The notes: generated from the sequence alone by a model not told the origin. A DNA stretch of 64,000 nucleotides from a bacterium (GCA_965205865.1 CBDBHR010000028.1:352001-416000); one strand, 5' to 3'. Positions 28,167 through 40,723 are shown, counted from the stretch's first letter. Made by a program: numbers and translations.

Positions 28167-29126
28167 ATGAGAACCTATATCATCCGTCGGGTATTGCTGC
28201 TCATCCCCACCTTGTTGATTTTGAGCATCATCGTCTTTCTCACGGTCCGCTTGCTGCCAGGCGATGTGATCGACGCCATGCTGACGGATTTGCAATACTA
28301 TGCGGGTGATGTAGACCGGGAGGCGCTTGAGCGGATGCTGGGACTGGATGTGCCTGTCCCTATCCAGTATGCCCGCTGGATCGGCAGGCTTCTCCTGCAA
28401 GGCACCCTGGGCGAATCCCTGCTTCGCGGCCATTTGACGGTAGAGCAAAAGATCATCGGTAGATTGTCCGTCACCCTTCAGCTGGGGCTGGTGGCCATCG
28501 TCATCGGACTGGTAATCGCCCTGCCGGTGGGCATCTACTCGGCGGTGCGTCAGGATACGGCCACCGACTACCTGGGACGCAGCATCGCCATCATCGGGCT
28601 GGCCACGCCCAATTTCTGGCTGGCCCTGATGGTGATGATCTTCCCGTCCATCTGGTGGGGTTGGTCGCCCCCGATGTTCGTGATTCCCTTCACGGAAGAT
28701 CCGCTGGGCAGTCTCGGGGTGTTCGTCATCCCGGGTTTGATTCTGGGGACGTACAATTCTGCCGCCACGATGCGGATGACGCGCACCATGATGCTGGAAG
28801 TGCTGCGGCAGGACTATATCCGCACCGCCTGGTCCAAGGGGCTCCAGGAGCGGCTCATTGTGCTCCGACACGCTATCAAAAATGCGCTCATCCCGGTCGT
28901 GTCCCTGATCGGCCTGCAGTTGCCAATCCTGGTCGGGGGGTCCGTGATCATCGAGAACATCTTCAACCTGCCCGGGTTGGGGCAACTGATGGTGAACTCG
29001 CTCTCTAGCCGAGACTACCCGGTGGTCTCCGGAATCAACCTGTTTTTTGGCACCTTCATTGTGTTCAACAACCTCTTCATCGACCTGCTTTATGCCTATT
29101 TGGACCCGAGAGTAAGGTATGAATGA
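28167..29126 (+). CDS. ABC permease (DppB/OppB-like)
   Basis: Paralog of 10364-11329. Confidence 0.95.
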   Translation: MRTYIIRRVLLLIPTLLILSIIVFLTVRLLPGDVIDAMLTDLQYYAGDVDREALERMLGLDVPVPIQYARWIGRLLLQGTLGESLLRGHLTVEQKIIGRLSVTLQLGLVAIVIGLVIALPVGIYSAVRQDTATDYLGRSIAIIGLATPNFWLALMVMIFPSIWWGWSPPMFVIPFTEDPLGSLGVFVIPGLILGTYNSAATMRMTRTMMLEVLRQDYIRTAWSKGLQERLIVLRHAIKNALIPVVSLIGLQLPILVGGSVIIENIFNLPGLGQLMVNSLSSRDYPVVSGINLFFGTFIVFNNLFIDLLYAYLDPRVRYE

Positions 29127-30078
29127 GACACCCTCCCCCATCCGTGAAACCAAGCGTCGGCATGTGGTGTCCAATTTCTTTATCCGATTGGTCAAGGAGA
29201 AACCTCTGGGCACCGTCGGCGGGGTGATCATCTTGATCTTTGTCCTGGTCAGTGTCTTTGCCGATGTGCTGGCGCCTTACCACTATGATGAACAAGATGT
29301 GGTGATCCGGCTCCAGGGCTCTTCAGCCGAGCATCTCCTGGGAACCGACCATGTGGGCCGAGACTTCTTGAGCCGCAACATTTACGGGGCGCGGATTTCC
29401 TTACTGGTCGGTGTGGCCGCGACCAGTGTGGATGTGATCGTAGCGCTCCTGATCGGTGCCCTTTCCGGATACATTGGAGGGCGATTGGACCTGACGGTAC
29501 AGCGTTTTGTCGACGCCTGGATGGCGTTCCCGGGACTGCTCCTCTTGTTGACCATCATGTCCATCGTGGGACAGGGGGTGTTGCAGATCATCGTGGTCCT
29601 GGGGGTCACGGGTGGCATCAGTAACTCACGGGTCATCCGGGGAGCGGTGATTGGCGTCAAAGAGAATGTGTATTTTGAGGCCGCCAAGGCGCTGGGCTGC
29701 TCCCAATGGAGAATCCTGATCCGTCATGTCCTGCCCAATATTTTACCGCCTGCCATCATCATCTTCAGCATCACCATCGGCACCGTGATTATCGCGGAAG
29801 CCTCTCTGAGCTTCCTCGGATTCGGACTGCCCGTCAGAACTCCCAGTTGGGGGGGATTGCTCAGCCGGGAAGGACGCAAGTACATGGAAGTGGCCCCCTG
29901 GCTGGCCATTTGGCCCGGGCTGTTCCTGACAATAGTCGTTTATGGGCTCAACATGTTCGGAGATGCGGTTCGGGACCTGCTGGATCCGCGGCTGCGGGGC
30001 GGAGGAGGCCGCTACGGGGCGACAATCAAACAAAGAGGCCCTCTGGCCCGACTCTTCCTGCCCGGTTTCAAGCGGTAG
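29119..30078 (+). CDS. ABC permease (DppC/OppC-like)
   Basis: Paralog of 11415-12383. Confidence 0.95.
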   Translation: MNETPSPIRETKRRHVVSNFFIRLVKEKPLGTVGGVIILIFVLVSVFADVLAPYHYDEQDVVIRLQGSSAEHLLGTDHVGRDFLSRNIYGARISLLVGVAATSVDVIVALLIGALSGYIGGRLDLTVQRFVDAWMAFPGLLLLLTIMSIVGQGVLQIIVVLGVTGGISNSRVIRGAVIGVKENVYFEAAKALGCSQWRILIRHVLPNILPPAIIIFSITIGTVIIAEASLSFLGFGLPVRTPSWGGLLSREGRKYMEVAPWLAIWPGLFLTIVVYGLNMFGDAVRDLLDPRLRGGGGRYGATIKQRGPLARLFLPGFKR

Positions 30079-30234
30079 GGAAACGCAAACGAGACCTTCT
30101 GGCCCGACTGATCAACCCGTTCCATCAGTAGGGTTCCACTGATTCCAGGGAGCGGATCGAAAGCGAATGAACCTCTTAGACAGGGCGGCAAGCGAATGTT
30201 TTTGCCATGTTGCGCTTGTCCGATATTTTTGCTT

Positions 30235-31782
30235 TTAATAGAGCGCTTCAATGAGATAAGGACCGTCTTGCGAGAAACTGCGCTGGAGATGATCAGCCAA
30301 CTCGTCTACGGTGGCTACGCTGCTTCCGGAGATGCCCATGCTTTTTCCTAAACTTACCCAGTCGATGTCAGGGTTTTGGAGGCTGAACATGTTGGCCGCC
30401 CGTGCTCCCACTTCATTGACTCCCAAACGCCAGTATTCGGTTTCCAAGATGCCATAAGAACGATTGGAATAGATAATCGTGGTCACATCCAGCCCTTCCC
30501 GGGCCTGGGTCCAGAAGGCTTGATTGGTATACATCCCCCCCCCATCGCCCACGAGTGCCACCAAACGACGGTCGGGTGCCGCAACCGCCGCACCCACCGC
30601 GACCGGCCCCCCTTGCCCAATGGCCCCCCCGGTGATGTTCAACCAGGTGTGGGGCGCGGCTTGTTGAACAGGGGCAAAGCAAACGCGTCCTCCTCCGGAA
30701 TCCAGAGAGAAGATCAAATTTTCCGGCATCACGGCGGCGATCGTTGCTGCTATTTTGTCAGGATTGAGTTGCCCGGAGGGAAGGTTGGGGCGATTATAGG
30801 GATGCCGGGGACCCGAGTCTGTCGGAGCTTTCAAGGCATCCGCCAGAGATTGCAGCGCGCCGACAACGTCTTCTTCAGTTTTGGCCAAAGTGCTCAATTC
30901 ACAGTTGTCGGGGACCATATAACCTGGCGTATTGGGATAGGCAAACATGGTGGCCGGGGGTTGACTACCGACGAGAACCAATTTCTTGAACCCTCGCAGG
31001 GCTTGTTGGATTTGCTCCGGAAAGTAAGGCAGCCGACTCAGGGCTGTTTGTCCCGGCCCCCCTTCCAAGCGGGCAGGAAAACCGACACTAAGGAGTTTGC
31101 ACCCCGAAACAGCCGCAATCCGACGAGCAGCTTTCAGCCCCTCTTCCAACAGAGCGGGTCCATTGAGCAAAAGGGCGGAATGCTCATCTAAAATTTGAGC
31201 AGCGGCTTCAATCGCCTTGTCAGCTACAGAGGGTCTGATAGGAAGCGGGTTGGGAGGAACCGGCCCGGGAGATTCTCCCCAACAGGCATCCACAGGCAAG
31301 ACCAACGTTGAAATTTGTCCCTGAGAGCCGGGTTTGGCGGTGAGGGCGGCAGTCACCGCGTCCGCGCCATCCTGAGCAATGGTTTGAGCGGTGCTGGATT
31401 CTTTGTACCAACTGGAAAAATTTTTCGCCAAGGTCTCAATATTGGAAGTGAGGGGAGTATCGTAGGGAAGGTGGTAAGCGGCGTGATTGCCTACGACGTT
31501 GATGAGCGGACTAGACGCCCGGCGGGCATTGTGTAGATTGGCAATGCCATTGGCCAATCCTGCTCCCAAGTGCAACAAGGTGGTGGCAGGAGAGCCCTTC
31601 ATACGCCCGTAGCCATCAGCGGCTCCGGTGCAGACTCCTTCGAATAATGCCAGGACGACCCGCATCTCAGAAACCCCATCCAGGGCTTGTACCAGGTGCA
31701 TTTCCGAGGTTCCCGGATTGACAAAACACACCTCCACTCCGCTCCCTAAAAAGGTACGCAGGATACTTTCCGCACCATTCAT
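30235..31782 (-). CDS. ThDP-dependent enzyme, acetolactate synthase large subunit-like
   Basis: NPGTSE, GAADGY and GDG..(N)RSY ThDP motif. Confidence 0.9.
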   Translation of the reverse strand: MNGAESILRTFLGSGVEVCFVNPGTSEMHLVQALDGVSEMRVVLALFEGVCTGAADGYGRMKGSPATTLLHLGAGLANGIANLHNARRASSPLINVVGNHAAYHLPYDTPLTSNIETLAKNFSSWYKESSTAQTIAQDGADAVTAALTAKPGSQGQISTLVLPVDACWGESPGPVPPNPLPIRPSVADKAIEAAAQILDEHSALLLNGPALLEEGLKAARRIAAVSGCKLLSVGFPARLEGGPGQTALSRLPYFPEQIQQALRGFKKLVLVGSQPPATMFAYPNTPGYMVPDNCELSTLAKTEEDVVGALQSLADALKAPTDSGPRHPYNRPNLPSGQLNPDKIAATIAAVMPENLIFSLDSGGGRVCFAPVQQAAPHTWLNITGGAIGQGGPVAVGAAVAAPDRRLVALVGDGGGMYTNQAFWTQAREGLDVTTIIYSNRSYGILETEYWRLGVNEVGARAANMFSLQNPDIDWVSLGKSMGISGSSVATVDELADHLQRSFSQDGPYLIEALY

Positions 31783-32015
31783 TGCGCATTCTCCGTTTCT
31801 TAAAATTGAAAAAATATAAAAAAATTTCTACACGGAAGAGCCTCTTCCAAAAGCCTTTGCCTGGTTTCTCTCCCCGTTCAACTGGTATTTCGTAACTCTC
31901 GCTCAACTTGGATTGAAATCCATACATCACGAATGTGGGAAATCTTAAAGATTTCTACCTGCGGTCGAGATGACACCAAAGCGTATAACATGATGAAGCA
32001 TGACATTCAACCTCA

Positions 32016-32391
32016 AAAATCAAACCCGAATTGTGGCTGTGGCAAACGTAGTGTGCGGTCGAGATCTCGCAGCAAATTGTCGTCGGCGCTGAGATCGTCT
32101 GTCAGAGCCAGAACCGATGCGCTTCTCACTCCAAACCACAAACGACTGAATGCGCCTATGGAAGCTTTGAGGGTCGGCAAGGCGCGCGAGTTTCCTTATG
32201 TTACCGGGAGATGTGAAGACAACACATTCCGCCTCTCCGTTTATGGGAAACACGACAGCGTCCATCGCGCGCGCCAGTGGTTCGAAAGCCTTGGCCATTT
32301 CTTCATTTTCGAGCCAACCTATTTCGAAGTAGATACGCTTGACCGCGTCAAAATCACGATCATGATCGTAGTCGAGAATTTCAATAGTCAT
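32016..32391 (-). pseudogene. GNAT/Eis-like acetyltransferase with large internal deletion
   Basis: N-terminus (RDFDAVKRIYFEIGW) is joined out of frame to a C-terminus ASIGAFSRLWFGVRSAS...LPQPQFGFDF*. Confidence 0.5.
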
Positions 32392-32404
32392 TTTCTTTGA
32401 CCAA

Positions 32405-34161
<1,757 letters not shown>

Positions 34162-34182
34162 GGAGTCTCGGCTTTTTGCAGT

Positions 34183-34872
34183 CTAGCGCTTCCGTTCAAT
34201 GATTTCGGTGGCATCCCCGCGTCCCACGATACATCGTGCCGTCATACCAACAAATAAACCGTTGATCACTACGCCTGGAATGGCATTCAGTCTTGCTTCC
34301 AATGACTGAGGATCTGTGATTTCTTCAAAATGACAGTCGAGGATGTAATTTTGATTGTCTGTAACAAACACCTTCTCTCCCTTTTTCCGTAAAGTGATTT
34401 CCGCCCCCAGACCTTCGATTCGTCTGGCAACTGTCTGCCAACCGAATGGCGTGACTTCAACAGGAAGGGGAAATTTTCCCAGCATGGTGACGTATTTGGA
34501 AGAATCGACAATGATAATCAACTCCTTGGAAATCGAAGCAACTATTTTTTCCCGCAGAAGCGCGCCTCCGGCACCTTTGATCAACACCAATTGTGGATCT
34601 ACTTCGTCGGCACCGTCAATAGTGAGGTCCGGTTTTGGGGTTTCCGTGAAATCCACCAGGGGAATTTGAGCCTTTTCTGCCAATTGCCGGGTTTGCTCCG
34701 AGGTGGGAATGGCTCGTATGGAGAGTCCCTCCCGGATTCTTTGTCCTAGAGCTCGAATGGCATAATTGGCCGTCGATCCGGTTCCCAGTCCCACCACCAT
34801 TCCCGATTGCGCATAATCTACGGCTTTTTCTCCTGCAAGTTGTTTTTCCTGCTCTACATTTTGTTGAGGCAT
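34183..34872 (-). CDS. rpiA: Ribose-5-phosphate isomerase A
   Basis: GLGTGST, DGADEVD and LLREK motifs. Confidence 0.97.
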   Translation of the reverse strand: MPQQNVEQEKQLAGEKAVDYAQSGMVVGLGTGSTANYAIRALGQRIREGLSIRAIPTSEQTRQLAEKAQIPLVDFTETPKPDLTIDGADEVDPQLVLIKGAGGALLREKIVASISKELIIIVDSSKYVTMLGKFPLPVEVTPFGWQTVARRIEGLGAEITLRKKGEKVFVTDNQNYILDCHFEEITDPQSLEARLNAIPGVVINGLFVGMTARCIVGRGDATEIIERKR

Positions 34873-34890
34873 CTTAAATTTTCTTCAGTT

Positions 34891-34926
34891 CTCCCCTCCC
34901 CTTGAGGGAGGGGCTGGGGGAGGGGG
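34891..34926. repeat. REP-like intergenic palindrome
   Basis: CCCCTCCCCTTGAGGGAGGGG followed by a G-rich tail. Confidence 0.5.
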
Positions 34927-34933
34927 TTTGTGG

Positions 34934-36964
34934 TTAAATCAATCCTTCTAACCAATTTGTGATATTTTGGGTCATTTGCTCTGCAGTGAAACCGAATTTT
35001 TCAGCAATTATTTTTCCAGGAGCAGAGTGTCCGTAGGATTCTTGTCCAATCACATGATCCGCATAGCGGTACCAAGGTCCTGAGACACCGGCTTCAACAA
35101 CTATTATTTCTGATGTCCGAGGAAGTAAAGAGTACTGGTATTCCTCACTTTGCGCTTCGAATAATTCAAGGCAGGGCATGGAAACATGGCGGACGCCGAT
35201 CCCCTTACTTTCTAAATTGTTCCGCAGGGCTTGCACGGGCCCTCCTTCAGAGCCGGTCGAAACCAAGATGATTCGAGGATCCGCATTGCTCGCTTCCTGG
35301 ACTATGTAACCACCTTTCCAAATTTCTTCAGGATTGAAATCAGGGGGGCGCGCCAAATTGCTGACGCCTTGACGGCTCAAGAGCAGAGCCGATGGCTGGT
35401 TTCCATCAGGGCGTTCCAATGCATGAGCCCAGGCGGCAGCAGTTTCCATGGCGTCGGCAGGACGCCAAACATTGAGGTTGGGAATCACGCGTAAAGCCCA
35501 CGCGTGCTCAATCGGTTGATGGGTGGGACCGTCTTCTCCGACCCAAAATGAATCGTGGGTGTAGACAAAGATCGTAGGAAGATGGGAAATGGCCGCCAAC
35601 CGCACACTGGGGCGCATGTAATCGGAAAAAACCACAAAGGTGGCACAAAAAGGCAGCCAAAATCCGGAAAGATACAATCCATTGCTCACCGACCCCATAC
35701 CATGTTCCCGTATGCCAAAGTGAATGTTGCGGCCGGAAAAAGAAGGATCCGGCAGTTGCCTGGATTTGACTGAGGCAGGAATGACACTGTTGTCCGCTTT
35801 TATGAGAGTGAGGGTACTGGGTTCCAAATCCCCGGAACCTCCCGTCATCTGGGGAAGCAGTCGGGCTGCTTCCTGAATGACGGTTTGGGAAAGTTTGCGG
35901 GTGGCGCCTTCCTTGCCTTCTACGGCAGCAATCAGTTTTTCCATGAGATCCTCCGGCGTTTGCTTTTCGGTATGGAGCCGCCATTGCTCAGCCAATTCCG
36001 GATGAGTGGTCTTCCACTGCTGGTGCTGTTGCTGCCATTGTTGATAGAGTTGCAGAGTTTCTTCAGCCCGTTGATCAAAAACCATTCGCACCTCTGGCGG
36101 AATGTGGAACAACGGTTCCTGAGGCCATCCTGAGGACTCTTTGGCCCGTTGCACTTCTTCTGTTCCGAGCGGACTGCCATGAGTTGCCGCAGTTCCTGCC
36201 ATGGTGGGGGCGCCTTTGCCAATGATGGTTTGGGCCACAATCAAAGAAGGCTGTTGGGATTGCTCCGTGGCTTTTTGCAGACAAGCTTCCAATTCTTCGT
36301 GATTGTGCCCGTCGCATCGCTGCGCATGCCAACCGTATGCTTCAAAGCGTTTGCCGACGTCTTCGCTCATGGAAAGGTCGATCTCCCCTCCAATGGTAAT
36401 CCGGTTCTGGTCGTAAATGGCAATCACATTGTTCAGCTTCAAATGACCGGCGAGCGAGGCGGATTCGGCACAAACGCCTTCCTGCATGTCCCCGTCCGAA
36501 CACAAGATATAAACAAAGGCATCCACCATGGCGCATTCCGGCGTGTTGAAACGGGACGCTGCCATTTTCAGTCCCAAGGCAATCCCCACGGCATTGCCAA
36601 AACCGGCGCCAAGTGGTCCGGTGGTGCATTCGACTCCGGGTGTCAATCCGTATTCAGGGTGACCGGGAGTGCGACTTGACCACTGGCGGAATTGTTGCAA
36701 TTCTGCTAAGGGGAGATCATAACCGGAAAGGTGCAGCATCGCGTAAAGCAGCATCGAAGCATGTCCTGCAGAAAGGACAACCCGATCCCGATTAGGCCAA
36801 TGGGGATCTTGCGGGTTGTAGCGTACAAATTTATTCCACAACACAAAGGCAATATCAGCCAGTCCCATGGGTGCGCCAGGATGGCCGGAATTGGCCTTCT
36901 GCACCGCATCGGCTGCTAAAAAGCGGATTGTGTTGACACATTGCTCTCTTAATTCCGGTGCCAT
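34934..36964 (-). CDS. tkt: Transketolase
   Basis: SGHPG, TTGPLG, GIREHGM and GEDGPTHQP motifs. Confidence 0.97.
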   Translation of the reverse strand: MAPELREQCVNTIRFLAADAVQKANSGHPGAPMGLADIAFVLWNKFVRYNPQDPHWPNRDRVVLSAGHASMLLYAMLHLSGYDLPLAELQQFRQWSSRTPGHPEYGLTPGVECTTGPLGAGFGNAVGIALGLKMAASRFNTPECAMVDAFVYILCSDGDMQEGVCAESASLAGHLKLNNVIAIYDQNRITIGGEIDLSMSEDVGKRFEAYGWHAQRCDGHNHEELEACLQKATEQSQQPSLIVAQTIIGKGAPTMAGTAATHGSPLGTEEVQRAKESSGWPQEPLFHIPPEVRMVFDQRAEETLQLYQQWQQQHQQWKTTHPELAEQWRLHTEKQTPEDLMEKLIAAVEGKEGATRKLSQTVIQEAARLLPQMTGGSGDLEPSTLTLIKADNSVIPASVKSRQLPDPSFSGRNIHFGIREHGMGSVSNGLYLSGFWLPFCATFVVFSDYMRPSVRLAAISHLPTIFVYTHDSFWVGEDGPTHQPIEHAWALRVIPNLNVWRPADAMETAAAWAHALERPDGNQPSALLLSRQGVSNLARPPDFNPEEIWKGGYIVQEASNADPRIILVSTGSEGGPVQALRNNLESKGIGVRHVSMPCLELFEAQSEEYQYSLLPRTSEIIVVEAGVSGPWYRYADHVIGQESYGHSAPGKIIAEKFGFTAEQMTQNITNWLEGLI

Positions 36965-37173
36965 CTTCGACCTTTCTATGGTTTGGCTTATCCTTCGTAA
37001 ATTTATTACCAACAATTCTAAATTTCAAGATTTAGTAGCATCTTGAAAAGCGAATAATGAGACTAGTGCAGACCCCTCAGAAGTCAAGCAATATTCTAAG
37101 AGGCTGTTTGATAAATTTCGTTGGCACTCTGCAATAGCAAATCCGTATATCAGCCATGAATCGAAGGATGGAG

Positions 37174-38694
37174 TTATGAATGACCCGCCATGTGATGTCC
37201 GATGACGGAAAGATCGATGGCGTCCGCAGTGGTTTGATAAACGAGCTTTCCGTTGCGCATCACCACAATACGGTCAGAGAGTTCCAGAATTTCGTCTAAC
37301 TCTTCACTTACCAACAAAACCGCGGTTCCTTTGTTACGAACCTTCATGATTTGGGTTCGGATCTCATCTGTTGCGGAAAAATCCAGACCCAAACAAGGGT
37401 TGGCCACGATCAGGACCTCCACTTCTCCGGAAAGCTCTCGTGCTAAAACTACACGTTGGATATTGCCGCCTGACAAATTCCACAGGGGTGTATCCGGAGA
37501 CGTGGTTTGGATACGATAGCGTTCGATCAGGGAGTGGGCCGTCCGTTTCAATGCAAATGTATTCAAAAGCCATCCCGCAATAGAATGAGGGGGACGATCA
37601 AAAAGGCGGAAAGCCATATTTTCGCAAACACTCATATATCCGACACAGGCATTCTGCAAAGGCTCTTCGGGTAGCACATGAAACTTGTTCCGAAATATTT
37701 CCCGGCGGGTAGCGGTGTAATGCGCTCCGCGTATTTTTATCGTGCCAGAGAGGAGGGAACGTTGTCCGGCCAACACTTCGAGGAATTCTTTTTGTCCATT
37801 CCCCGAAACACCGGCAATGCCAACTATTTCTCCTGCACCGACTGCAATGCTCAAATCCTCAACCACAATTGTTTCTCTATCGCCAGCCACCCGGATATTT
37901 TCAATCTCCAACTTTCGGGTCCGCTTGGGGATTGCCTGCCGTTCCCTGGCAGTGATCACCATCCTGGAGCCAATCATCATTTCAGCCATTTGATGAGTTG
38001 TCAGAGCAGATACTTTCTCACTGCCTATCGACTTGCCCCGACGTAAAATGGTGACGGTATCCGCAAAATCAACGACTTCACGAAACCTGTGAGTGATCAT
38101 TAAGATACTCAGTTGCTTTTCATCGCTCATCTGGCGCAGTAATGACAAAATCTCGTCGCTTTCCTCGGGGGTGAGAACAGAGGTGGGCTCGTCGAGAATC
38201 AGAATATTGCTTTTCAGGTAAAGCTGCTTGAGGATTTCCAATTTTTGTTTTTCTCCGGCAGCCAACATGCCAACTGTACCTTCCAAAGGCACTTGAAAAG
38301 GCATGGATTCCATGAACAAGGCTAACTCTTTTTTTTCGGCATACCAGTCCAGCACGAAAGGGAGTTGTGGGCGGGACATCACCAGGTTCTCAATAACCGT
38401 CATATTGGGAATCAGGGTGAAATGTTGATAAACCATGCCTATTCCCATTTCATGGGCAGTCCCTGGGTTGTCAATCGTCACCGGCTGGTTATTGATCAAG
38501 ATCTTTCCCTCGTCTGGGCGGTAGTAGCCCATAATGCACTTGACCAATGTGCTTTTCCCCGCACCATTTTCTCCCAGGATGGCGTGGAATTCGCCAGGCT
38601 CCAAGCGCAAAGAGACGTGATCCAATGCCCGCAAAGAGCCGAATCGCTTGGTCATGCGAAGAACTTCCAGACTTTGAAAAGGATTATTCATCAT
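37174..38694 (-). CDS. ABC transporter ATP-binding protein (double NBD, nucleoside/sugar type)
   Basis: GENGAGKST, LDEPT and LSGGN motifs. Confidence 0.95.
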   Translation of the reverse strand: MMNNPFQSLEVLRMTKRFGSLRALDHVSLRLEPGEFHAILGENGAGKSTLVKCIMGYYRPDEGKILINNQPVTIDNPGTAHEMGIGMVYQHFTLIPNMTVIENLVMSRPQLPFVLDWYAEKKELALFMESMPFQVPLEGTVGMLAAGEKQKLEILKQLYLKSNILILDEPTSVLTPEESDEILSLLRQMSDEKQLSILMITHRFREVVDFADTVTILRRGKSIGSEKVSALTTHQMAEMMIGSRMVITARERQAIPKRTRKLEIENIRVAGDRETIVVEDLSIAVGAGEIVGIAGVSGNGQKEFLEVLAGQRSLLSGTIKIRGAHYTATRREIFRNKFHVLPEEPLQNACVGYMSVCENMAFRLFDRPPHSIAGWLLNTFALKRTAHSLIERYRIQTTSPDTPLWNLSGGNIQRVVLARELSGEVEVLIVANPCLGLDFSATDEIRTQIMKVRNKGTAVLLVSEELDEILELSDRIVVMRNGKLVYQTTADAIDLSVIGHHMAGHS

Positions 38695-38726
38695 GCAGTC
38701 ATTTTTATAAAATGCTTGGGCTCTTT

Positions 38727-39659
38727 TCAGCGTATCAAGCTCAATTCAGTGGGCGCACCCAGCAATTTACGTTTGGAAGAGGAGGAAAGAATCATAACCA
38801 GCAACGTCAAAAAGTAGGGGACGGCATTGAACAAATAATAACCGGAAGTCACGCCGACCGCCTGCAAAGCAGGTCCCAATGCGCTTGATCCTCCAAACAA
38901 TAAAGCAGCCCACAGGCAATTGAGTGGATTCCAACGGGCAAAAATGACGAGAGCAACCGCCATGAGCCCTTGTCCGCTGGAGAGACCTTCGGACCAACTT
39001 CCAGGGTAATAAAGCGAAAGATAGGCGCCGCCAATGCCAGCCATAGCGCCGCCGATTGCCGTACTCCAAGATCTTATTTTTACAACTGAAAATCCCATCG
39101 CTTTCCCTGCATCCGCGCTCTCCCCGACAATCCGGACCTGCAGTCCCCATTTTGTATGTTTCAAAGCCCAATTGAGCAGAAAAGCTGCTCCCACTCCGAA
39201 CAGAAAGAGCGCATTGATTTGCAGAGCCGCTTTGAGCTGGGACATTTCACTCCACCAGCCTAATTCAATAGAGGGAAGACGTGGTGCGGAAGGTTGGATA
39301 TAAGGCGTACCCAAAAAAAAAGCCAGACCGGTGCCAAAAATCATCAGGGCAATCCCAATGGCAATATCATTCACTTTTGGAAAACTGCACAACCAACTGT
39401 GTAGCAGGCCAAATACAGCACCAATCATTGCGGCGCCAATCACCGCCAGCCAGGGAGAACCACTGCGCAGGGCAAGGGCATACCCACCCATTGCCCCCAT
39501 CACCAGTGTCCCTTCCAGTCCCAGGTTGATGCGCCCACTCTTTTCGGTCAGGCATTCTCCCAGACTGACAAAGAGGAAAGGCGTACCCACCCGAATGGCT
39601 CCGGCAAAAACTGCCAGGAAAACCCCAAGCCAGCCAATTTCATAAGCAATCATAGTCAC
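38727..39659 (-). CDS. ABC permease (BPD_transp_2)
   Basis: EKSGRINLGLEG motif; hydrophobic. Confidence 0.92.
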   Translation of the reverse strand: MTMIAYEIGWLGVFLAVFAGAIRVGTPFLFVSLGECLTEKSGRINLGLEGTLVMGAMGGYALALRSGSPWLAVIGAAMIGAVFGLLHSWLCSFPKVNDIAIGIALMIFGTGLAFFLGTPYIQPSAPRLPSIELGWWSEMSQLKAALQINALFLFGVGAAFLLNWALKHTKWGLQVRIVGESADAGKAMGFSVVKIRSWSTAIGGAMAGIGGAYLSLYYPGSWSEGLSSGQGLMAVALVIFARWNPLNCLWAALLFGGSSALGPALQAVGVTSGYYLFNAVPYFLTLLVMILSSSSKRKLLGAPTELSLIR

Positions 39660-40723
39660 TTTTGGGCAGCTCCATTTTGTTGGAATATTCTGAAGCGCCC
39701 ATAGAGGGTCTCACTGAACAAAATGACGACAAAAACGATGCCTTGCAGGACCAATACCGTGGCATCGGGAAGATCCTGCGTCCGCTGCAACAAACCACTA
39801 CTGCTACGGATCCCTCCCAGCAAAATGGCCACGGGAATTATTGCAATTGGATTGTGCCGGGCAACGAAGGCAACCAAAATCCCCGTGTAACCATAATTCG
39901 CATTCAAAGAACTATTGGCGCTTCCATGGACCGCCGCCACTTCAATCATCCCCGCGAGTCCCCCTCCGGCTCCTGCAAAAAAACAGACAAGCACAATCAA
40001 TCGTCCTACAGGAAGCCCTGATAACAGGGCGGCTTTCACGTTACCGCCCGTTATTCTTGTCGCAAAGCCAAACGTGGTTTTATGCATCAAAAACCAACAT
40101 AAGAGGCAAGTCGCGACTCCGAAAATCAACCCCCAATGTATGTCGCTTCCGGGAATCACTCCCAACATACTTTCTTCACCAATGGGAGAAGTTGACGGTT
40201 TGTTCAAACTACGGGGATCCCGGAAAGGGCCGGAAAAAAGATGGCTGGCGACGGCAATTGCAATGTAGTTGAGCAACAAACTGCTGATTGTTTCATTTAC
40301 CCCGCGATAGTGGCGCAAGGCTCCGCAGAGAGCGATCCACAATCCTCCAACAGTCATTCCGGCAAGGGCCATACCGATTAAGACAATCCATGGTGTTTGC
40401 GCTATCAGCACCAAACCTAACAGTGCAGCTGCCAATCCTCCGATGACAAAAGCGCCTTCTCCTCCAATTATGACCAGACCCAAATAAGCGGGAAGTGCGG
40501 TGCATAAAGCAGTCAACATTAAAGGAGCCGCACGAACCAGAGTGTTCTGCCAGGAAAACCAGGAACCGAATGCCGCCCTGTAAATAGAATAATAGACTCC
40601 CCCTAAATCCGCACGGATTGCCAGTAAAAAAAAGCTGAAAACGACCATAGAAACCATCAATGCCAAAAAGGGAATTACGATGGCTTCTGCAGCTTTATTC
40701 CAGTGTCTGATGGGGGATGACAT
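39656..40723 (-). CDS. ABC permease (BPD_transp_2)
   Basis: GVNETISSLLLNY motif; hydrophobic. Confidence 0.92.
   Translation of the reverse strand: MSSPIRHWNKAAEAIVIPFLALMVSMVVFSFFLLAIRADLGGVYYSIYRAAFGSWFSWQNTLVRAAPLMLTALCTALPAYLGLVIIGGEGAFVIGGLAAALLGLVLIAQTPWIVLIGMALAGMTVGGLWIALCGALRHYRGVNETISSLLLNYIAIAVASHLFSGPFRDPRSLNKPSTSPIGEESMLGVIPGSDIHWGLIFGVATCLLCWFLMHKTTFGFATRITGGNVKAALLSGLPVGRLIVLVCFFAGAGGGLAGMIEVAAVHGSANSSLNANYGYTGILVAFVARHNPIAIIPVAILLGGIRSSSGLLQRTQDLPDATVLVLQGIVFVVILFSETLYGRFRIFQQNGAAQK

Noticed and set aside
28095-29231. Long antisense ORFs (also 30376-31191, 49420-50379, 52287-53303, 61678-62529)
   Set aside because: Shadows of GC-rich genes on the other strand, with no recognisable motifs.
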